64,000 bases of DNA, from NCBI GenBank assembly GCA_963828165.1, contig CAWHDR010000001.1, positions 480,001 to 544,000 of the forward strand. Direction: 5' to 3'. Source of the DNA: an uncultured Chloroflexia bacterium (lineage in GTDB: Bacteria > Chloroflexota > Limnocylindria > Limnocylindrales > CSP1-4). The position numbers and the translations under genes are program-made. Below the pieces are notes generated by a model, which was not told where the DNA came from, searched no databases, and saw nothing but the letters and a program-made list of their open reading frames with translations. Below, one piece after another: positions 57,328 through 64,000 of this stretch. Within the stretch, counting starts at the first letter, position 1; each line of letters starts with the position of its first letter.

Positions 57328-58692
57328 TCAACCGGCCGCTTCGACCTCGTGCAGGGCTCCCGCCTGGCTGACGTCGGCAAGGACTTCCGCCTCGTGCCCG
57401 GCGACTTGCGCGACGGCTTCCGCGAAGATGCGCAGGGCCGTCGCCATCTCGTCCTCGCTGACGGTCAGCGCGGGCGACAGCCGCACGCTCGACGTGCCGC
57501 ACTCCAGCACGAGCAGGCCGCGCTCGAAGCAGGCCCACTGGACCGCCTCGGCATGCTCGGCTGTGTCGAACTCGACGCCGAGCATCAGGCCCTTGCCGCG
57601 GACGTCGATGACGAGGCCATCGAAGCGACCGATGAGCGGCCGGAGGCCAGCCAGCGCCCCCTCGCCGCGCGCGGCGGCGTTGTCGATGAGGCCGCCTTCG
57701 AGCAGGTCGATCGTGGCGAGCGCCGCGGCGCACGCGACCGGGTTGCCGCCATACGTCGAGCCGTGCGCACCGGGCCCCCAGGTCTCGAGGAGCTCGGCCC
57801 GGGCGATCATCGCGCCGAGCGGCATGCCGGACGCGACGCCCTTGGCGGTGAGCAGGATGTCGGGCTCGACCCCCCAGTGCTCGATGGCCCACATCTTGCC
57901 GGTCCGCCCGGCGCCGGACTGGATCTCGTCCGCGATGAGCAGGATGCCGTGCTCGTCGCAGATCTGGCGCAGGCCCTGGAGGAAGCCGTCCTCGGGAACG
58001 ATGTAGCCGCCTTCGCCCTGGATCGGCTCGACGATGATCGCGGCGATCTCGTTCGCCGGCGCCAGCTTGTCGAACAGGACGTCATCGAACCACTTCAGGT
58101 CCTCGACCCGACCATAGGGCGCGTGGAAGACGCCCGGGAGGAGCGGGCCGAATCCTGCGTGATACTTCGATTTCGAAGCGGTCAGCGACACCGCGCCGTA
58201 GGTCCGACCGTGGAATGCGCCGAGGAACGCCACGATGTACGGGCGCTTGGTGGCGTAGCGAGCAAGCTTGATCGAGGCCTCGACCGCTTCCGCGCCGGAG
58301 TTGCCAAGGTAGGCGCGCGCCTTGCCGGCCATCGGCGCGATCTCGGCCAGGCGCCGGCAGGTGTGCGCGTAGATGGGCAGGTAGAAGTCGGACGCCGAAA
58401 AGTGGATGAGCTCCGCTGCCTGCTCCTTGATCGCGCCGACGACCTGCGGGTGCGCATGGCCCGTCGACGTCACCGCGATGCCGGCCGCGAAATCGAGAAA
58501 CAGGTTGCCGTCGATGTCCTCGACCGTCAGGCCCTCGCCGCGGACCGGAACGATCGGATAGGCACGGGGGAGACTCGGGGAGGTCCATTCCTCATCGAAC
58601 GCCACGTGCGCCCGGGCCTTCGGACCAGGTAGCTCCGTGACGATGTGCGGAACGGGACGATCGCCGGCGAGACGTGACGCGGCCGAAGACAA
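57328..58692 (-). CDS. Class III aminotransferase (4-aminobutyrate/acetylornithine type)
   Basis: FLDFAAGIAV, NSGAEAVE, AFHGRT, EPIQGEGG, DEIQSGAGRTG, TAKG; start uncertain. Confidence 0.92.
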   Translation of the reverse strand: MSSAASRLAGDRPVPHIVTELPGPKARAHVAFDEEWTSPSLPRAYPIVPVRGEGLTVEDIDGNLFLDFAAGIAVTSTGHAHPQVVGAIKEQAAELIHFSASDFYLPIYAHTCRRLAEIAPMAGKARAYLGNSGAEAVEASIKLARYATKRPYIVAFLGAFHGRTYGAVSLTASKSKYHAGFGPLLPGVFHAPYGRVEDLKWFDDVLFDKLAPANEIAAIIVEPIQGEGGYIVPEDGFLQGLRQICDEHGILLIADEIQSGAGRTGKMWAIEHWGVEPDILLTAKGVASGMPLGAMIARAELLETWGPGAHGSTYGGNPVACAAALATIDLLEGGLIDNAAARGEGALAGLRPLIGRFDGLVIDVRGKGLMLGVEFDTAEHAEAVQWACFERGLLVLECGTSSVRLSPALTVSEDEMATALRIFAEAVAQVAGHEAEVLADVSQAGALHEVEAAG

Positions 58693-58830
58693 GGGACACC
58701 TCTGACGGTCATGTGACGGCCACTGCATAGCGAGTATGCAGACTGGATATTCGCCGCGGAGTATAGCCGAGCCGATCGCCCCCCAGCCCAACGCCCTGGT
58801 GGCGTTCGCTCGGACGTCCTGAAGACACGG

Positions 58831-58862
58831 ACGAGCCGGGCCCCGTTCGGGACCCGGCTCGT
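58831..58862 (-). terminator. Hairpin after the protease gene
   Basis: ACGAGCCGGG..CCCGGCTCGT stem. Confidence 0.6.
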
Positions 58863-58890
58863 TGCGCTGCTCGCGGAGCGAGCGGCGTTG

Positions 58891-60966
58891 CTACTTCTTG
58901 TTGCCGGTGTTGGTCAGGCGGAACGTGTAGTCCGCATCGAGGAACGTCAGGTCCCCCGTGGGCAGGTTCGAGATCACCGCCAGCACGCTCGCCTTCGTCG
59001 AGTTCATGCACTTGGTCGAGAAGCCGGCCTGCTGGATGTCGTCGCCCTCGAAGCGATACACGAAGCCCGCCTCGTCCTGCGTCTCACCCGCGGACGTGGT
59101 GCCCGGAGTGAGGTCGCACGGCGACACGATCTGCAGGATCCAGTGGTTGTCCTGGATGCCGGTGGTCTCGAACCACTCGCCCTCAGCGGAGCTGAGCGTC
59201 GCTGCCGAATCGTTGACCTCCACGTCGTCCACGAACCAACCGGTGTCGAGGTACGCCGCATCGGTCGAATAGCGGAAGCGGACGTCAGTCGCCCCGGCGG
59301 GGAGCGTCGCGCTGAGGTGGATGTACTCGGGGTCATCGACGAAGTACGCGCCGCCCGACGTACCGGTGAGGCCGTTGCCCTCGGTGTTGTTGTCGTGCGG
59401 GTCGTCGTCGGTCGTGACCTCGGCGCCCGCGTCGTCAACGAGCGGGACGGTGACCCAGTCGGTGCCCACGAGGGCCTCGACGAAGCCGTAGTCCCAGCCC
59501 TCCTCGATGAAGTACCAGGTCCAGAAGTCGACCGTATCGCCTCCGGAGACCGAGTCGTCGACATCAAGGATGTTGTCGCTCAGGCTTTCGTAGTTGGCGT
59601 ACCAGTGGGTGTCACCGGAATGCGGTGCCACCCTGGAGGTGTCAACGCCATCGAGGGTCGCCTTGAAGGTCGGACCCGGGTTGCGGAACGTCTCATAGCT
59701 CGTGCCAAAGGGCAGCGCGGTCTGCTGCGGGACGTCCTTGTTGTGGAGGAAGTACGCGTTCGGGGTCGCGCCCTTGTACTGGCCGCGGCCCGCGAAGAAC
59801 AGGTCGTTGGCGAGCTGGATCGTCCAGTTGCCCGAGTCCTCGCCGAAATCGACGTTCGCCAGGTCGAAGAGATCCGAGTCCTCGTCGTCGAGGTAGATCG
59901 CGATCGCCCAGTCCTTGAACAGGTCCTCGGCCGATCGCAGGTCGGAGCCCGTCTCGGCGTTGAACGCGTCGATCGCGTTCTGGACGCCGACCATCCCGTC
60001 CGCCTCTTCCTCGAAGATCTTCTTGATCAGGAGATCGCCGGCCGTGCCGTCGTACTCGAGGTCGGCGTCGAGGTCACCGCCGCCGTTGCCGCCCGCCTGT
60101 TCCCAGAGGTACAGGAAGTACGAGAAGGACGCGCCGTAGTTCTCCAGGCCGCCGCCCCAGCGGGTCAGCGACGTCTCGCGATGGAAGACCTGGTGGAACG
60201 TGAAGTGGGAGCCGGCCGGCGGATACCCGTTGAGGAACGCGGCCAGGTCGGCCAGGCCCTCGTCGACCCACGACAGCTCGCCCGGGTCCGAGTAGTTCAT
60301 GAGCAGGTGTTCGAGCTCGTGGGCGATGACGCCCTCGTAGAGGAAGTCGCCCTCCTCGCCCGTCCGGTTGGCCCAGTCGAAGCTGTCGACCACCAGCACG
60401 TTCATCCCGGCATCCGAGATGTACTCCGGGGCGAAGTAGCCCGCGGTGTAGGTCGTGACCGCGCAGTCGTAGTACGACTCGTCCTGCACGTTGTAGGCAA
60501 GCATGACCAGCGCGTCGCTGTTCGGGTCGGCCGGGTCGGCCAGCCCGATCTCGCCGTAGTGCGCCTCGTCGACCGCCACGATCTGGTCGGTCAGCTCGTC
60601 ACCGAGCGACTCGATCTGCCCGGCGGTCATGAGGAACTCGTCCGGGGTGTTGTCGGCGCACGGGGTGAACTCGTCACCCGGATTGTGGTCGAACTGTGGG
60701 TTGACGCTGGCCACGGTCGGGTCGCCGACGGCGCCCTCCGGGACGTAGATGTAGACCGGCGTTCCGGTGGTCGTCGTGTTCGCGTAGACCCGCTCGAAGA
60801 CCTGGTCGTAGCTGCCGCCGGCATGGCTGTCGTTGATCGTGATGGTGATCGTCGGATCACCCGGCGATCCCGAGGAAGCCATCGCCGCGGGGGCGGCGGC
60901 GGTCGTAGCGATGGTCGATGCCGCGAGGGCGGCCGCCATCGTGATCCGAAGCAAGCGTTGCCTCAT
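58891..60966 (-). CDS. Secreted acidic zinc metalloprotease (HExxH..EG) with InhA-like C-terminal domain
   Basis: Signal peptide; VIAHELEHL..WVDEGLA; IEEGWDYGFVE, FRYSTDAA..GWFVDD. Confidence 0.87.
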   Translation of the reverse strand: MRQRLLRITMAAALAASTIATTAAAPAAMASSGSPGDPTITITINDSHAGGSYDQVFERVYANTTTTGTPVYIYVPEGAVGDPTVASVNPQFDHNPGDEFTPCADNTPDEFLMTAGQIESLGDELTDQIVAVDEAHYGEIGLADPADPNSDALVMLAYNVQDESYYDCAVTTYTAGYFAPEYISDAGMNVLVVDSFDWANRTGEEGDFLYEGVIAHELEHLLMNYSDPGELSWVDEGLADLAAFLNGYPPAGSHFTFHQVFHRETSLTRWGGGLENYGASFSYFLYLWEQAGGNGGGDLDADLEYDGTAGDLLIKKIFEEEADGMVGVQNAIDAFNAETGSDLRSAEDLFKDWAIAIYLDDEDSDLFDLANVDFGEDSGNWTIQLANDLFFAGRGQYKGATPNAYFLHNKDVPQQTALPFGTSYETFRNPGPTFKATLDGVDTSRVAPHSGDTHWYANYESLSDNILDVDDSVSGGDTVDFWTWYFIEEGWDYGFVEALVGTDWVTVPLVDDAGAEVTTDDDPHDNNTEGNGLTGTSGGAYFVDDPEYIHLSATLPAGATDVRFRYSTDAAYLDTGWFVDDVEVNDSAATLSSAEGEWFETTGIQDNHWILQIVSPCDLTPGTTSAGETQDEAGFVYRFEGDDIQQAGFSTKCMNSTKASVLAVISNLPTGDLTFLDADYTFRLTNTGNKK

Positions 60967-61185
60967 CCGTTGTCCTCCATGAGCCGTCCGGGGCGACCTA
61001 GGCTGGGGGTGGTCATTCGGCGGCTGGGTTCCAGGGCATCTGACGCGGGGGTCGAGCGTCGATGCGGGCTTGTGGGCGGCAACCTACAACGGCATGAAAA
61101 ACCGCGCGTTGCAACCGCTGTTCTGCTGGACAGGCGATTCGAGGACCTGTCGCGCCGGGCGCCCGTCCACCCGGTCGGCGCGCCC

Positions 61186-62766
61186 TCAGTCGACGATCGT
61201 GTGGCTCTGCTCCCGCAGGAACTGCGCGACGTAGTACATCGACAGGCCGGCTTTGCCGGTCGAGCCACTCCCCTTCCAGCCACCGAAGGCCTGGACGCCG
61301 GGCCACGCTCCCGTCGTCGCGCCGGCGCGCCGGTTGACGTAGACGGTGCCCGCCTGGATGCGGTCGAGGAACGTCTGCACCTCGGCCTCGTCCTCGGAGA
61401 AGATGCCCGCGGTGAGCCCGTAGATCGTGTCGTTGGCGAGGGTCAGCGCCTCGTCGAGCGTGTCGACCGCATGGACCGCGGTCAATGGCGCGAAGAACTC
61501 GTCGCGGAAGACGCGGTGGTCGGACGGCAGCCCGCCGACGACCGTCGGCTCGACGTAGAAGCCGCGCGACAGGTCACCGTCCGCGAGGTGCTCGCCACCG
61601 GTGAAGACCTGCCCGTCGCGACGCGCCTCGGAGACCGCCTTCTGGTGCCGATCGACCGCCTTCTGGTCGATGATCGGGCCGAGCCAGTTCGCCCGTTCGA
61701 GCGGGTCGCCGATGACGATCTGCTCGGTCTTTTCGACGAGCAGCTGGACGAGCTGGTCGTGGACCGGCCGCTCGACGTAGACGCGCGAGTTGGCCGAGCA
61801 CTTCTGGCCGCCGAAGCCGAAGGCCGACCGCATGATCCCCTCGGCCGCCTCGTCGAGGTCGGCGTGGCGCGACACGATGGCCGGGTTCTTGCCGCCCATC
61901 TCGACGATGCACGGCCGCGGCCAGTCCTTCGAGAAGGCGTGGAAGAGCTTCATCCCCACGTCGTACGACCCGGTGAAGACGATGCCGTCGATGCCCGCGT
62001 GGTCCTGGAGGTGCTGCCCGACCAATTCGCCCGGGCCCATGACCAGGTTCACGACGCCCTTCGGAACGCCAGCATCGATGTAGGCCTGGAGCATGTTCTG
62101 CGCCGATAGCGGCGAGGCGGTCGCCGGCTTGATGACGACCGTGTTGCCCGCCATCATCGCCGCGCTCGACGGCCCGGTGGCGAGCGCCATCGGGAAGTTG
62201 AACGGCGACACGACCGCGAACACGCCGTGCGGACGGAGGATCGACTTGGTGTGGACGGCCATGTCACCCAGGTTGTCCATCGGGTGGTCGTAGCCGCCGT
62301 TGTCCTCCATCGTCTGGGCGTAGTAGCGGATCAAGTCGGCCGATTCCTCGACCTCCCCGAGCGCTTCGATCCGGTTCTTGCCGACCTCGATGGCCATCGC
62401 CGCCGAGTAGTCCATGAGCCGGTCGCTGATGAGCTCCGCTGCGCGGCGCAGGATCGTCAGGCGCTCCTGCCAGGGCGTCGCGGCCCACGCGGGCTGGGCC
62501 CCCCGGGCGGCAGCGACCGCGTCGTCGATGTCGGCCGTCGTGCCCTTCGCGAACGTGCCAAGCACGAGGTCGCGGTCGATCGGCGAGCGGACGTCGAAAT
62601 CGTCGTCGGCGTCGCGCCACTCGCCGGCGACGTAGTTGCGGTGGTGGCCACCGAGCCCGGCCTTGACGCGGGTCACGGCCTCCTCGAACCCGCTGTGCAT
62701 CTCCTCGTTGTCGGCGCGCAGGGTCGCGTACGTGATCTTGATGCGCGGCTTGGCCTCGGACGTCAT
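61186..62766 (-). CDS. Aldehyde dehydrogenase (P5C-dehydrogenase-like)
   Basis: SPFNFP, FTGS, EMGGKNP, GQKCSA, NRRAGATTGA..FGGWKGSG. Confidence 0.93.
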   Translation of the reverse strand: MTSEAKPRIKITYATLRADNEEMHSGFEEAVTRVKAGLGGHHRNYVAGEWRDADDDFDVRSPIDRDLVLGTFAKGTTADIDDAVAAARGAQPAWAATPWQERLTILRRAAELISDRLMDYSAAMAIEVGKNRIEALGEVEESADLIRYYAQTMEDNGGYDHPMDNLGDMAVHTKSILRPHGVFAVVSPFNFPMALATGPSSAAMMAGNTVVIKPATASPLSAQNMLQAYIDAGVPKGVVNLVMGPGELVGQHLQDHAGIDGIVFTGSYDVGMKLFHAFSKDWPRPCIVEMGGKNPAIVSRHADLDEAAEGIMRSAFGFGGQKCSANSRVYVERPVHDQLVQLLVEKTEQIVIGDPLERANWLGPIIDQKAVDRHQKAVSEARRDGQVFTGGEHLADGDLSRGFYVEPTVVGGLPSDHRVFRDEFFAPLTAVHAVDTLDEALTLANDTIYGLTAGIFSEDEAEVQTFLDRIQAGTVYVNRRAGATTGAWPGVQAFGGWKGSGSTGKAGLSMYYVAQFLREQSHTIVD

Positions 62767-62825
62767 GGTCGATGGATCCTCGTGTCGGGTGTCACTCGCG
62801 CGCACGGCGCGACGGGATGGTGCGG

Positions 62826-63713
62826 TCAGTCTACGTCGAGCGACAGTGCGCCGACGACGGCGGCAAGGTCGTTCGCGACCGCGTCCGGCTGCCGGCCGCC
62901 GCGCTCCCTGGCGGCGATCTCGATGTCTCCGGTGCCGTGCTTGCCGGACAGGACGAAGATGCCGCGCATTCCGGCTCGTTGCCCGGCCCGGACGTCGCTG
63001 CGGATGTCGTCGCCGACCATCGCGATGTCGGCACGGGCGAGGTCGCGACCCACCTCTCGGCGAAGGTCGGTGATCGCCACGGAGAAGAACTCGGGGTGGG
63101 GCTTGCCGATGATGCGGGCGCGGCTCTCGGTCGCGAACTCGAGGCCGGCGACGAACGCGCCGGAGTCGAGCGTCGGTCCTTCGGGCGTCAGCCACCATGG
63201 GTTCTGGTGCATGCCGACCAGGACCGCGCCGTTGCGCACGAGTCGGAAGGCGCGGTTCATGTTGTCGAAGGTCACTTCCTCCGGCAAATCGCCGATGACC
63301 ACGGCGGCCGCCGAAGCCCCGCGCGTGCCGGCTTCCGCATGCGTGAGCAGCCGCTGGCCGGCGAACTCGCTCTGGGCGTCCTCCGACGCGAGCACGTAGA
63401 GGGGCGCCCCCGGGAAATGCCGCGCCGTCCATGCCGCTGACGCCGAGAGCGCCGACTGGAACCGCGATGCGGGGATCGGCGCGCCGATCTTGCCCGACCA
63501 GCGCGCGAGGGTAGCCCGGCTGACGGCCGAGGTATTCGTCACGATCCGATACGGGAAGCGGCGGTCCTCGAGCGTCGCGATCGCCTCGGGCGAGCCGGGA
63601 ACCGCCCGTTCCGCCACCACGATGACGCCGTCGAGGTCGAGCAGGAGCGCGCGCGTGCCCCGGAGGGCGTTGCGCAGCCCGACCGCCGAGAGCGTCGCCT
63701 TGAGGGTCGTCAT
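62826..63713 (-). CDS. HAD-IIA family hydrolase
   Basis: [24 protein letters not shown]. Confidence 0.92.
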   Translation of the reverse strand: MTTLKATLSAVGLRNALRGTRALLLDLDGVIVVAERAVPGSPEAIATLEDRRFPYRIVTNTSAVSRATLARWSGKIGAPIPASRFQSALSASAAWTARHFPGAPLYVLASEDAQSEFAGQRLLTHAEAGTRGASAAAVVIGDLPEEVTFDNMNRAFRLVRNGAVLVGMHQNPWWLTPEGPTLDSGAFVAGLEFATESRARIIGKPHPEFFSVAITDLRREVGRDLARADIAMVGDDIRSDVRAGQRAGMRGIFVLSGKHGTGDIEIAARERGGRQPDAVANDLAAVVGALSLDVD

Positions 63714-63759
63714 CGGCGAAGCGTACCGACTATGCTCGGGCCGCGAAGCGGAGGACGAG

Positions 63760-64000
63760 ATGGGCCTGCTCGACGGCAAGAACGCGCTGATCTTCGGGGT
63801 CGCGAACGACCACTCGATCGCCTGGGGCATCGCGCGGGCGCTTCACGACGAGGGCGCCGAGGTGGGCTTCTCGTCGATCGAGAGCCTGATCGAGAAGCGC
63901 GTCCGGCCGCTGGCGACGTCGATCGGATCGACGTTCGTGGAGGCCGCCGATGTGCAGTCCGACGAGGACATCGCGCGCGTATTCGAGCGCTGGGGGGAGC
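63760..64000 (+). CDS. fabI: Enoyl-ACP reductase, N-terminal part (runs off the window)
   Basis: [25 protein letters not shown]; absent from the ORF track because it has no stop in the window. Confidence 0.88.
   Translation, partial: MGLLDGKNALIFGVANDHSIAWGIARALHDEGAEVGFSSIESLIEKRVRPLATSIGSTFVEAADVQSDEDIARVFERWGE

Noticed and set aside
58888-62109. 1073-aa plus-strand ORF and similar long ORFs (9201-11471, 38933-41140, 3940-5697, 24719-26656)
   Set aside because: Antisense or alternate-frame shadows of clear genes; long stop-free frames are expected in high-GC DNA and these carry no motifs

Overview
A very GC-rich bacterial chromosomal segment; gene content and style suggest Chloroflexota, possibly Limnocylindria-like (inference). 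It carries about 55 mostly housekeeping or catabolic genes. These include the 3' end of dihydropyrimidinase with an RsbW/RsbV/RsbU module, mmsA, mdh, pckA, a SAM-I riboswitch ahead of a thrC-like gene and a MoaD/ThiS carrier, cystathionine beta-synthase and gamma-lyase, two lgt paralogues, two ECF sigma/anti-sigma pairs, sufBD plus a Rieske ferredoxin, TetR/MMPL, two class III aminotransferases, a CoA-transferase pair, two InhA/M6-like proteases and the start of fabI. No rRNA, tRNA, CRISPR array or transposase was seen. The most unusual locus (43.3-55.2 kb) starts with a soluble-adenylyl-cyclase-like STAND/TPR gene. Next is a ~1,690-codon secreted protein in which 18 codon-diversified SPSAF pentapeptide repeats sit inside a PPC-like domain, ahead of a gingipain (C25)-like His/Cys peptidase and a PxKF domain; it is split by two mutually compensating single-base frameshifts. 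An ECF module with a visible shared promoter motif follows. Also notable are ~150-bp TGCA-bounded palindromic intergenic elements (one beside an XRE-HTH/nuclease-like gene), a triple G-loop hairpin leader, an Rrf2-like operator before sufB, and GGDEF and YceI gene remnants. All calls come from reading motifs by eye; no database search was run.
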